Source: Lingula anatina (lineage: Eukaryota; Animalia; Brachiopoda). From it: DNA of 64,000 bases. The translations under genes were made by a program, and so were the position numbers. Numbering within the stretch: the first letter of the stretch is position 1; every line of letters starts with the position of its first letter. Below are positions 1 to 20,920 of this stretch, piece after piece. The notes under the pieces are model-generated. The model was given only the letters and a program-made list of their open reading frames with translations, was not told the DNA's origin and did no database searches. Where the stretch lies: contig CM120644.1 of the NCBI GenBank assembly GCA_051362555.1, positions 13,290,567 to 13,354,566 on the forward strand. Direction: 5' to 3'.

Positions 1-832
1 AGATCACATATAAAGTTTTCCAACTTTTTTGCTGAAGTAAAATTACCACGCTCAACGTCTAGTATTTTGAGATTTGGAAAAGATGACATGACGTCAGGCT
101 CCACAGAGCTAAAGGCACAGTTAATAAATGCAAGCCTTTCTACTGGATTGTCTTTCAATGACATAAACGCTTGCCTCTTTAACTGCAAGTCGGAAGTTCT
201 GCGAAACGTATCGCTGAAAACCAAAGTTTTCAGCGAAGTAAGATTACTGTAACCAGGACCAAGTGAAAGGTCACCTAGTGGAATATATGGAAGAAAAAGC
301 TGTTCAAGCTGCCCTAATGGTGCCATTGTACGGTCTATGTAATCTCGCTGAATGAGCTGAGATCGTTCCACATCATAAAGAAGTTTAAGAATTTTCAAGC
401 TGACCAAGTCCTGGGCAGGCCAGGTGGTAACAGAGTATAATCGAGGTTCACATCATAGGGGATAGGGGACAAATCTAAGTATTCCAGGGTCTCCAAACCA
501 GCAAAACTATACTCACTGAACGCTTTTATGTTATTCCCTCCCACATAAAGAACTTTGAGTCTTTTCAGTTGACTGAAGGCGTAAGGGCATAATTCGTTCA
601 ATCCGGCATGACGAAGATCCAGGTTCGTTGTATTTCGTGGCAAAGCAAGCGGTGAATCGCCGATCGAGCTACCTGAGCAGTCCACGATTAACTGCGTTTC
701 CGGAATATATTGACACCGACACAGTGATGGGCACGTATTCAGCGCTTGGTTCACAATCACAGTCGCCAAAGTGTTGCTCAAGTTCCACCACAGTCCCACG
801 AGGAACAGAGTTTCTTTTTTCACTGCCTGCAT
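1..832 (-). pseudogene. Intronless LRR ectodomain gene (Toll-like receptor type), 5' part only; 1-bp frameshift near 412-416 (pseudogene, null allele or sequence error)
   Basis: ATG at 832, signal-peptide-like N-terminus, LRR-NT cap (CPSLCRC...IVDCSG), then LRRs (TNLDLRHAGL, LKRLKVLYVGGNNI, LETLEYLDLS). The frame stops at 395. The shifted frame continues without a stop to the window edge as QDLVSLKILKLL...LGQLEQLFLP...NLTSLKTLVFS...FPNLKILDVERGNF...LENFICD. TM/TIR domains would lie outside the window, so TLR identity is inferred. Confidence 0.75.
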
Positions 833-1412
833 TGTCTTGGTGTCCCTTTCTCTTTATGTAAACGAACGATACTTCGTCTCTCACATGAGTATTTCGACCA
901 AGTTTAGACAAGTTTAGTAATTGAATACACCGTCACATTCATGCACACAAGTCGTTTGTGAACTGATTGATGTGATCAAATACTTGATCTCTCACTTAAT
1001 TATTTCGAACAAGTTCCGACAGGTTATGTTGCTTCTCTTCGTCTTCACGTACATGCTCTCGTATATGTCGTTTGTGCATAGATTGATTTGACCAAATAAA
1101 TACCGCAGAGACACTAAAGATCTTGGTATTTAAGAGCTAAAATCTATTTTATAGTTGCAAACTCTCCTTTGAGTCACTTCCTTGACAATTATAAGAAAGA
1201 TCTCGTGGATTGCTTGAATGATCACCCGATTTGAATACTCGTTCTTTTTTACAGAAAATGTCTTCCGTATGCGCGTTTTGTTGACGAAAGAATGAAAGCT
1301 TTGTGTGATTTCGTCGAATGTTTGTAAGGGCTTTGCGTGTAAACTTTGTGTGACTGTGTTTTTCTTTGGGGCTAAAATATAGTGGGGACTCCCCAGCAAG
1401 TTTGTTGGGTAA

Positions 1413-1628
1413 GACCCCATTCTCATACCTAATGCGATAAAGCAGGATCGATCAATCTTCGAGGAGATTCTCGCTAAATTGAATTTAGCTTTAGCAGAAC
1501 TGATGTCTGGCACACTTACTGAAGCTGCTAAACGACAGTTAATTACCCACTTACAGCTTCAGTAGGCGTGCCAGACATCAGAAGTTGGGCCGATTCTGCG
1601 AGATCTATCTAGGAATGGGAATGGGGTC
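1413..1628. mobile_element. Palindromic MITE, PIF/Harbinger-like
   Basis: Terminal inverted repeats GACCCCATTC...GAATGGGGTC flanked by TAA on both sides; internal inverted repeat at 1500-1527 versus 1554-1581. Confidence 0.65.
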
Positions 1629-1985
1629 TAAGCTGTAGAGATTTATCTTAAAGTGTGACACACGCTTTGAGGAATACGTCAATGAATTTTAAATACTTAA
1701 AGAGACTTTTCGAATATGTAAGTGAAGGTTAATCTTTTATGCAAAAATTTCAATTGATCACGGTGGCGGTAGACCGTAAAACCTTTTTTACAATTAACCC
1801 CGTGTGTTTTACTATCCTGGTATCCTTTTCTTGTCTTAGGGAATTTATGCCTTGCACTGCAGTAAAATACCACTACATTGCTGTTAGGTTCGAATACTAA
1901 AACAAAGCCATATTTTGATCGTTAATGTTTGCGAAACTTACTGGAGGGTTGAACACGTGCACCAGGACGGACACCTGTTCATTAA

Positions 1986-2463
1986 GGGCCCCTTTTCACT
2001 GGACGGCGTCCTTTCTGCGTCCAGCAGTCCGGCCCCATTTGAGAGTTAAAATTTTTTAATATTTTACGTGCCGACAACTGGCTGATCATTGAGCATTCAT
2101 TCTGATAAAAAATTAATGCTCGTGCCTCCTTATTAAGACCACAGCGATGCCAAATTTCATGGTCGCAGAAAGGACGCCGTCCAGTGTAAAGGGGGTATAA
2201 GAAAGCGGTTAACGGCACTGCATAACACAGAGTAAAGCCCCCTTTACACTGGACGCCGTCCTTTCTGCGTCCAGCATGCGCAGTCCGGCCCCATTTGAGA
2301 GTTAAAAAATTATAATACTTTACGTGCCGACAACTGGCTGATCATTGAGCATTCATTCTGATACAAAACCAATGCTCGTGCCTCCTTATTAAGACCACAG
2401 CGTTGCCAAATTTCATGGTCGCAGAGAGGAAGCAGAAAGGACGCCGTCCAGTGTAAAGGGGGT
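1986..2463. mobile_element. Two tandem copies of a ~210-230 bp MITE (about 1986-2196 and 2237-2463)
   Basis: Each copy has ~30-bp TIRs (CCCCTTT(T/A)CACTGGACG(G/C)CGTCCTTTCTGC ... GCAGAAAGGACGCCGTCCAGTGTAAAGGGGG) and near-identical internal sequence. Confidence 0.8.
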
Positions 2464-2937
2464 ATTACCAATAAAGTGGATTGTTGAGCTTGAAGGGGAA
2501 TTCCCTTTCAGGTAAACTTCATTCAACACTATACTTCCTATTCTCTTGATCAAATCTTATTAGAGTTACAAGCAAAATGCCAGGGGGGGCAGTAAGCGGA
2601 CACGAGGGGGCGAAGCCCCCGAGGGGGGAGGGGGTGTCCCCCTACCAGTGTGGAAAATTCTAAATCCCAGGGGGGCAGTTGCCCCCCCCCCCCCCCCCCC
2701 GGGAGGCTACGGCCCTGGTATAAACGGGTGTAAACATATACATGCACGAGCTTCCTTTAGTAATAGGTATACAGCTTTATGTTAAATTTAAACGAACAAG
2801 ATTTCTCTGCGTGTAGCTTTCTGCTCTTTTGGAAACAGATAAGAAGCATATTGGTTTATAGAAACCATGGAAAGAAGAAAGTACCCGTGAAAACTAGTTG
2901 GTCATAGAGTGTGAGTGGATCGCTGGTGCATCTAATG

Positions 2938-3342
2938 ACCCTATTTCACACAGATCACGAATCCCACGAATCGTCAGGAATTGACAAATTTCAAGATTCG
3001 TGAGATTTTGCCCATTTTCTGTTCTAATTCGACACGCTCTAAGATTCAGTTACGATACAGGTGCGATAGTGTTACAAATATTCGTGGGACTCGGCTGGAA
3101 CCGCACGAATATTGTCCAGAAATTCGCTACGATTTTTTGGAATCGGGAGTTCGTGGCCAAAATTTTGACCAGCTTAAAAATTTTTGGCACGAATTCCCGA
3201 TTGATCAAAAATTGCAAGAACTGACTACGATTATATGCGAATCTGTTTAGAACTTCACGAACTGATTACGATTCAACCACGAATCCTGAAATTTTCAATT
3301 CCTGGCGATTCGTGGGATTCGTGGTCTGTGTGATATATGGGC
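2938..3342. mobile_element. MITE with ~60-bp TIRs and CACGAAT/ATTCGTG subrepeats; a second right-end copy lies at about 3761-3849
   Basis: CCCTATTTCACACAGATCACGAATCCCACGAATCGTCAGGAATTGA at the left; its inverted match TCAATTCCTGGCGATTCGTGGGATTCGTGGTCTGTGTGA at the right, and again near 3800-3849. Confidence 0.7.
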
Positions 3343-3418
3343 ATGAAAGTTTTTTGCCACTAATTCCTGTTGCTCAAGGAGTGCAAGAAATGACTACATA
3401 TATAAAGGAATTTGTTAA

Positions 3419-3753
3419 AGGGATAATAACTCTTCGCCTTGGCAAAAAAATGAATTTTCCTGGTGTAAACAACAATTTTCCCATACTTACCAATGGTTAA
3501 TGAATCCATTTTTATATTCAAAGTTAGTCCCTGTTTTTTCTAAAAAGTTTGGTTTTTTTGGTAAAATCTCTTAAGAGATTTTAACAGAGTATAGCCATCA
3601 ATGGAGGTCACGTGGTCTAAAGACAAGCTCAGATATCAGAATAATAGCTATAACTGCCGTTTTGTGGTAAAACAGAATATATTATATTTCTATGAGTTAT
3701 TCACAATGTTTTTACTGTGAAATATAGATCTCAAAAGAAGAGTTATTATCCCT
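3419..3753. mobile_element. Non-autonomous Kolobok-like DNA transposon
   Basis: Perfect 16-bp TIR AGGGATAATAACTCTT...AAGAGTTATTATCCCT flanked by TTAA at 3415-3418 and 3754-3757. A TTAA TSD with RR..YY termini is the Kolobok signature. Confidence 0.8.
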
Positions 3754-4447
3754 TTAAGCATCACGAACGGATTACGATTCAACCACGAATCCTGAAATTT
3801 GTCAACTCATGGCCATTCGTGGGCTTCGTGGTCTGTGTGAAATAGGGGTATAAGCAGGATGCATGTTCAGTTCGGAAGTAAAATGTCTATATTTTAATTT
3901 ATTACTGTAAGGTTTTTACTACATAATAAAAAAAATTCGAATATTCGAGAAATTATACTGTTGTCTTGAAGGATATATCTATATATATATCCTTATCTAT
4001 ATACTTTTTAGAAGTAGACGTCTTCGTTGCTGCGTTATATTTAGGAACAATAGAAAAAAAAACTAACATGTCTTTCACTATAATTATTGGTGGAATTCTA
4101 GAGTCGCAAACTTTCTGTTCAGTTACTTCCTGGTAAAATGCCTGACACAACCCGATTCAAATATGACCTAAAACGCCCTCTACATTGTGGATATCGGTAA
4201 AAACAGATTGAAATTATTGCATGAAATAAAGCAACCAAGACACAATGCACTTTTGTGATAATGGAAAACGATATATTGAAAAAAAAATATATATATATTT
4301 GTTCCTCACTAACTTTGTTGATTGAAATTTTGGTAGTCGCAAACTAAACTTTCGGTTTAGTCACTTCCTCATTACAAACACGTGAAACGCTCGACATCCC
4401 GATCGTAATGCAATTTTTATGACCTAATATTGTGGTTTTATACCTTA

Positions 4448-5027
4448 GGCCACACTTTTTTATTTTTATAGATGACATCCTCTGGGGACCCCAAAATCGG
4501 TGCGAGCGGGCGAAAAAGAAAACAGTCCAAAAAAAAAAAAAAAAAAAAAAAAAAACTGCTTAAGAAAAGTTATGTTTTCAGTACACAGCTGGAAACACTA
4601 ATTTACCACAGAAACACATATCAAACTAACAACATGTCTTTATCCATGCTCTCAAAATTAAAGCATTGTGAATAGGGCCTACTTCGTAGAAAGGTAAAAA
4701 GTCATGAATATATATGATGCATATTACCAAATCTATTTAAGGTTATTTCATTCATTCTGTTGGTTTAGAAATCAATAAAATAAATATCAAATAAACACCG
4801 TGTCTTTATTTGTACTCTCAGAAAATTAAAGCATTGTGAACACTTCACAGAATTGTTAAAAAAAGAAGCAAAGATAGGCCTATGCTTCCTACTACCAAAT
4901 CTAAAAAAGTTAATTTCGGTCGATGCCATTTTGTCTACTTCGACTCACACGTAGCAGCCAACTATCGGGTGGCCTGTCCGACCTTCAGTCCACCAAAGAC
5001 CACGAAGCTCTTGTCGACCCTTTTTTC

Positions 5028-5076
<49 letters not shown>

Positions 5077-5474
5077 GGTATGTGCTGCTTTGGACAGAAT
5101 GTCACTGAAATTTTCCGGGCGATGATCGCTGGCCGCGGCCAGCCTTTCGTATAACTGTAAAAAGGTGATATCTCCATGTCCAATATCAATGGCAAACCAA
5201 TCCAAAACGACGGCCCCCGTTCTCTTTATGGCTTGAATTGTCGTGTATTTTGAAATTTAATTTATATAATGCTAGAGATGAATTTGACGGCAAAGCGGCC
5301 ATATTTCCACGTGGTGATAATACGCATGCGCAGAAAGCTCATTTTCCGCACTCGGAACTACTCGGACGTCTCCGCAGTCGACAATGACAGTATGGAGCTT
5401 GCAGAATTAGCCGAGGATTGCCGATTGCATTTTCCGGCAAATTCAAATAACGACGTTTGCGACAACCGACTTCC

Positions 5475-5509
<35 letters not shown>

Positions 5510-5591
5510 GAGATTTTTTTTTTTTTTTTGAATACGGACGAAAATCGGTGCGCGCGCAGGATGTCATCCATAAAAATAAAAAAGTGTGGCC
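4448..5591. mobile_element. 1.14-kb non-autonomous PIF/Harbinger-type DNA transposon
   Basis: 34-bp near-perfect TIR GGCCACACTTTTTTATTTTTATAGATGACATCCT / AGGATGTCATCCATAAAAATAAAAAAGTGTGGCC with TTA TSD at 4445-4447 and 5592-5594. No transposase ORF; internal poly-A and poly-G runs. Confidence 0.85.
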
Positions 5592-7028
5592 TTAGATGAA
5601 AAATACGGAGGGAATGCAAGTTCTGTTGAAACTAACAAAGACGCGCAGTCAGGTGAAAATTTAGATCTTAGTTAAATGAAAGCAAAACCATTAGTTACAT
5701 ATGGCATCACATACATATTGCTCGACCTCTCTTTCACTACGGGTATAACAAATTCGTTAAGATTACAAAACATGTCACTTTATTTCTGTCAGGAAGATCC
5801 AGGGATCAAAATAGCTACATTTATGATTTTTTCAAAGCAATTTAATAAAAAAAATTGCAAATGTGTTCACATTGTCTTTCCTTATTCCCCTACCTCCCTC
5901 CCTACCCAAAAAATACAAGTTCAACTTTAGCTTACAAGTTAGCACACGGGACACATCCAATCTTTGATACTGACTTGACTAAATTAATCAATAAATATAC
6001 ATTTATCAATGCATAAATTAACATATATTTACCTATTTACTCATATGAATAAATCAATAAATAAATGTCAATCTATATATCCATAAATGAATAGTTATCA
6101 TCTTATTTATTCATTTAAATCAACTCAAAATAAAGCATGGTTCACCTGGTTGTGTGTAATGTAAAAATGATATCACCTCCCGATACCAGAACATCTGCGC
6201 GGAAGAAATACATACATCTACCCTTATCAAACCTCAACACATTCAACCAATACAAAGATAAACAAAAAATGAATAATAATAATAATAATAATAATAATTG
6301 AACATATCACACTATAATGTAGCCATTGTCTTAAGAGATGGGGAATGGGGGGCAATTCTTCGTATCAAAGCAAACCAAGTCGAGAAATATCACCAGTAAA
6401 TATCTCAAATTTGCAGTAAAGAAACAATTTTAACGAAAGTTGGGAATAAAGTCTCCCAATATGACATGATGACCAGAAGACCATGAAATTGTTTCCCTTA
6501 ATTTTTACCATTTTTTTGTCTAGCGACACATCCCCTACACCTTAATAACTGGATCAGTCATTTAAAACAGTCACAACAACAATTCTATATGCTTTGCTTC
6601 AAAACTAAAGTGCATTATCAATATGACTTAATTCACTTCAAGACATTGCTGTAATAATTTTATAAGAAATAAGGTTTTTATCAAGCAAGAAAGTCAAAAG
6701 GCAGTTGACAGGAAAAAAAATCATCTAGTCAATTTTCACAAATATTCTTGTACAGTATTCTTGAGCAGAATCAAATCAAAGTAACCAATAATTAAATAAA
6801 AATAACAAACAAACGAAATAAATCAATTCATTTAAAATAAAATGAACATACAAAAAATAAAAATCCTACGAATTTAAGCAATTTTCCCTTCATAAACAAG
6901 GTACATCTCACCCACCGCCACTGACAAAATTATCACCTGTCAGCCCATTCAAGTTTTAAATTTATAATTGTTACCATACATGATCATGATTTAGTCCCCA
7001 TTCTTTACCTCCATTTGCAGACTTAAAA

Positions 7029-7072
<44 letters not shown>

Positions 7073-7592
7073 ACCATACACACTCAGAACTCAAAAAATG
7101 GCATATATTCATTGGATCATATTTCCGAGAACATGTTACTCGATACCTTGGTGGATAAGGAAAAAAATGTTGAAAATTTTCGGAACCAAGTAACTTTTTT
7201 TTCATAAAGATCTAAACCTACTTGTTGCCTTTGAGCATTTCCCCTTGTACAATTAAACAGCACAGGAAGAAACCCCTACGTAAAATTCTTAGGCCAAAGA
7301 CTGACAGCTTCAATACTCTTACTGTTGCACAATAAAGATGCAACTTCTTTTCTTCCCTCAGTTACCACATTTTACAACACTTGTAAAAATAAAATTAAAT
7401 GAAAAAAAAAAAATTGTTTGACAGCACTAAAAAAGGCTGCTTAACTGTTAAAAGACTACACGACTATATAAGGTAACAACTTAATTCGTAAATGACCATA
7501 CATGGTTATAATAGTACTATATACATGACCATATATGGTCGCAGCTTGATAAGCTGTTTGTAAAAGGTGCAAGTCTTGGTGATTTTGCTTAA

Positions 7593-16241
<8,649 letters not shown>

Positions 16242-16455
16242 GATGCTGCTGCTACCGGACTGCAACTGACACCGCTGTCCTTCAGTCCTCGACTCGTCTG
16301 CCTTTTTGTTCTTCAAAAATGAGAAACATTTAAACATCTTGTCTAGCTCTCCAGAGGATATTGTTTCTAAAGAGAATATGTTGTCCTCATATAAATTGTA
16401 TAATTATCAGTTATGGTATTGTTACAACCCTTTAAGCCAATGATGAATTTCTTAC

Positions 16456-16582
16456 ACCTGATTACTTGATCACAGGTAGACTGATAAATGCTATTAATTG
16501 TCCAGATGATACATCCTTGTCGAACTCTCTGAGAATAAATAACAGCGTATCTGATGGCGACTGCCCCTCCTTTTTTTATACC
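16456..16582 (-). promoter_or_regulatory. Candidate internal TATA promoter and short non-coding first exon of a long Ral isoform
   Basis: TATAAAAA at 16580-16573, Inr-like TCAGAT with +1 near 16552, GTAAGA donor at 16455, 89-nt intron, acceptor TTCTCTTTAG ending at 16367, then an in-frame ATG at 16337. Confidence 0.5.
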
Positions 16583-17479
16583 TACTTATGTGTAGGATCT
16601 ATTTATAATATTGTGTTACTCATACCTACTTTACCATGCACTACTCCCCTACACAGAGTTCTTCCTAATTTATGGCTCAAAAACAACATAACAGTGTAAT
16701 TAAAAAAAAAATAGTTTTGTGTATTGAATAGCGAAATGCGTAAAGCCTGACTGCATTCAGTGAGTGTCCCTTGGGCTTAGGCCTAATTCCAGTCTTTTCA
16801 TGTATTCATTTACTTGTATGGGCATTTCCTTCTTACTATATCTATGCTATTTTAAGATTGGCAGGAAATCTCCAGTCTATAAACTATTTCTCACTCTGAT
16901 ACTTTTCAAATATCAAAAGTAAATCACTTTAAAATAAGGCAGGTGTTTTTACCAGAGACATGATTGATGATCCTACACCATTACCATTTTTACACAAGCA
17001 ACAACAACAACAAAAAATTTTAATGTATAATGTAATTTTTCACAATATTTGTTATTTTGCTGCTAGTATTTTGCAAATAAATTCATTAAATAGAAGTCTT
17101 TTTAATAGACTTAATTCACATTTCATATGACATTTTGACAAAAAATATCAATAAATAAAAGCAGCACCTGAATATAAACAGAAAAGGTCCCTTTAATCTT
17201 ATCTAAATCCGGTCCAGTTGGCAAACGCTGATTCATTAAAATCCTGTATTACTGATTAATTAATCACTTGGCAAAGAGGACGTGTCCTCTAAATTTTCTT
17301 TGGTACAGGTAATACAACAACAGGCAAAGCCCAAAACAAACTGACTCATCCCAATCTCATGAAAAGTACAGAGGGTAGTCCTACATAGTAATCATTTTTT
17401 TCAGTGAGGTACAAAATTTAAGTTATTATTATTACCATTTCCACAAAATAAACCCGAGATCATATTGTCTGTAACTCAG

Positions 17480-17738
17480 GGTTTGTTTCCAATAAAACTA
17501 TCATTCTACTTAGATCAATCCATCTTTGCAAACTCTCACAGAAAGAATGCTATCAGTTTAACAGATTCACACACCCCTTCCTGATACCTGTTCACTAGAG
17601 TACTGAAAAGCTGGTGATTATACAGGTATATTGGAAATAGGAGGCATGTGAATCTGCTAAACTGATTGCATTCAGCCAGAGTCCCTACAGAGTTGGACTG
17701 ATGTATCTAGAACGATAGCTTCATTGGGAATGAGGCCT
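17480..17738. mobile_element. Degenerate palindromic MITE in Ral intron 1
   Basis: GAATGCTATCAGTTTAACAGATTCACAC versus ATGTGAATCTGCTAAACTGATTGCATTC, plus weaker outer inverted arms. Confidence 0.55.
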
Positions 17739-19431
17739 TACATTATGGATCTGTTTTCTGGAGCTCACACTGTGCTCTGTTTGATGATAATATTGCACTT
17801 TCTTTTGCTGCTACAATCATACATGCTTTGAGATACTTGAGAAGATAGATAGTGTCTTTCATGTCAAAGTATTGATCCACTACTGAAAGCATAATGATTT
17901 AGGATACATTCCAACTCTGAAATTAACGTAATGGGATTTTTGTCCTGAAGATATTTAGCCAGTTCTGAAGATTTTTCTTTCCTTTCCTTTTGTTTTTTTT
18001 TCATTTTTTTTTTCAAATGATACTTCTCATATATTGATGTTTTGTTTTTTTGATATGTTGAAAATAATAAATTATTTCATTTTTCCCTATCATCAGCATG
18101 CCGTCTGATTTTATCTGCCAACCATCTCTTTATAGCTACAAAAGGTGCTTTGTGCCACTTTCATTAAAATTCATTTTTTAATAAAAAAAGTCTCACTTCA
18201 CAAAAAATGTTAACACAAAGAAATTATACCATCAGATTTTTTTATCCAGCTTATTTTCCTACCACTTCAATGACACATATTTTTTCACAATTCAATTTTT
18301 TTAAAAATTTTACACCAGTGACAATGCAAGCACAATTCTACTACTTCATTTCTGATAACACATAACAATAAGAGACCCAGAAAACCGCAAAACCTTGAAG
18401 GAGCATTTTAAGATAAATAACAAGTATGGAATGATATAGCCTTATAGGTCAAATACATGGAAGTAGTGGTATGAGGACCATTGTTATGCATTAGTAAACA
18501 AGCACTTCCCACAAAATAAATACAACTCTTCCACAGAGCACAAAGACAGGGCACAAAGTTGATTTGTTCCAACAAAATAATTATTTTTTTAATATGAACA
18601 TTCAAAACATAAATTTGTGTTTTACGTGAAACTGATTGTCAAGAATTTTTTTATGGTTTACAGATGGTAACTGTATCTTCAATACACAAATGTTGAAATA
18701 TTAAATAATTTCAATCAAACCTTTCTAAATCTACCAAATTATTAAATGAAATTTCAAATAAGAACACATAATCAAAGCTTAGTCATCAGTAATATTTATC
18801 TAAGTCTTAAAATTTAACCAACAACCACACACATTATTTTTAAGTGTCTGTAAAATTAGGTCACATTTATAAGCTTGCATATAACTTTAAGATAACCTTA
18901 GCTAATACCAAGCTCTCACTGCCAGGTCCCTATGGCTGAGACACCTGATAAAGCCACAGGTAAATCACGACCAAGTAAACAATACAATCTAGAGAGGAAA
19001 ACTACAACAACTGCGTATGACTCATACTTGTGTACTCAGGTATGGAGACGAGTCACTGCTGGGTGGTTGATACAGGTAATTTTTTCTCTTAGCCAAATCA
19101 GTACTTTTTTTATCTCCAAATGGTTTAAATTTGACTAAAACAAGTCAAATCAACCATTTTTATTTAGCCAACTCAAGTCAGTTTTAGCATTTGGCTATAT
19201 CGGTGAGTGACTACCCCAGCTTATATGTTACAGAACATATTTATAAATACATACACATGTATAAAGGTTTCTGTCTTTCTAGTAACATAGAGGTGCATAT
19301 ACAAAATTGATCAGCCTCTTCTATAAACCCTCTCCTCTGGGTAAGCTTTGCTATTTTTGCCCTTTGGGAATCTTAACATCAGCAAACCTATCCCAATTAA
19401 ACAAATCAGGTCTTTCATGTCAAAGTATATG

Positions 19432-19462
<31 letters not shown>

Positions 19463-19493
19463 CATGTCCGGGGGGGGGATTGTCCTGATACCG

Positions 19494-19639
19494 TATGGGG
19501 GCGTCTCGATAGTCCGAAGGTTCATTGGTCCGAAAAGTGGTAACATTTTCATCGATTTTTTAATCAAGGGTTCATTGGTCCGAAGGTTCTATAGTGAACA
19601 TTCGGACCAATGAACCTTCGGACTATCGCTACGGCCCCA
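19494..19639. mobile_element. Small MITE with GGTTCATTGGTCCGAA subterminal repeats
   Basis: GATAGTCCGAAGGTTCATTGGTCCGAA versus TTCGGACCAATGAACCTTCGGACTATC; ends TATGGGG/CCCCATA. Confidence 0.7.
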
Positions 19640-20547
19640 TACCGTATATATACGAAGTTGATATCATATACTTAATCCTTTAATAAACCATGGAAGATGT
19701 CATGATCAAAGACCTTTTGTGTTGGATCTCACAAACATATATCTGATGTGCCTGAATAGGCATAAAAAACAATAATTGCCATTTGAGTCTGATTTGTGAT
19801 TCGCAACTCCAAATTTATGCTTAAAACTTGGATATTAAGTTGAACTACTAAGCCTAGGTCCTCATATTTTCTAGGAAACTTCAGACCCCCCCCCCCCCTT
19901 TGTATCCTCAAGCCATAGATTTTCAGCCTCTCTGAACTGATTAAGCAAGCTCAGATTCTATATCTGACAAGCTCTGATTCTATATATTGTTTCAGTGTAA
20001 TTATCAAAATGGCCATTTATCTGTTTGCCATAAGCCTAAGCATGTTATCTATGTCCATGAAAGTTTACTGACCCCCCACCCCACACAAACACACCCCCAT
20101 CATCACATTATACCAGTATAAATACCAGAACAGTGATATTCCCTGCAAAACCCGTGGAAAGAATTCTTGGAATGTGTACTATTTCATCACAACCCAGGGT
20201 TCGTTTTATAAACATACTAAAGCTAGCCGCCCAGACATGGGTTTTCCCTTCAACATGAAATTTCCATTCCAATAAATTGGGCAAGATCAACCGAATATTT
20301 GTGACAGCACCTGTTTTTACCTAGGCACCTATCAAAAAACATCCCCGGGAGCTTAAGATGGTTTCTATCAAGGCAGGGAAGACACTAACCCTAGCCCGGT
20401 TGAATGACCCATTTGCATATCCATTTACTATTTAGAATGTAAATTGCAGACAACATTCTTCGTTTCTAATGCACAAATACAATTGAAAAATCGATCAACG
20501 AGTCTAAATGTAGTCGGTTAACGAGCTGGTACACAGAAAAAAATTAC

Positions 20548-20920
20548 CTCGTAATTCTCCTTCTTTTGGGCGGTTACCAGAACGAACAGGAAGCAAGCAA
20601 ATTGTGATTTACTTGAACTCTTGACAACTTCCCTTTCCTTTCTCGCATAAAAATGGCGGATGCAGCGAATTGCATTGTGGGAAAGCTGTGACCTAATATG
20701 ATGACCTAATTAAATATTCGATGGAAAATAATCTATGAATTCGACATTGGATTAAGCTTTCTAATCAGAAACTTAAAAATAGAATCTATTCATATTTGGC
20801 TATGATGTGACAGGTGATTTAAACAAGATGAACCCAAGGAATTTAAGACAAACAAACAAATATTGAAGTATTAAAATATTCCCGCTAGAGGGCAGTTAGG
20901 TAGATCCAGGGAAAATGGCC
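20548..20920. promoter_or_regulatory. Bidirectional TATA-less promoter shared by Ral (-) and MED1 (+)
   Basis: The Ral first-exon donor (GAG|GTAATT, 20548) and the MED1 ATG (20915) are 367 bp apart. YY1-like AAAATGGCGG at about 20650-20659 and AAAATGGCCG over the MED1 ATG; ZNF143/Staf-like TGCATTGTGGGA at 20671-20682; CTCF-like CCGCTAGAGGGCAG at 20882-20895. Confidence 0.75.

Noticed and set aside
1130-1513. 127-aa minus-strand ORF upstream of the LRR gene
   Set aside because: Starts at a non-ATG codon inside a MITE and has no recognisable domain.
4472-5595. Poly-K, poly-F, poly-G and poly-P ORFs
   Set aside because: Translations of homopolymer runs inside a non-autonomous transposon; run lengths may also be unreliable.
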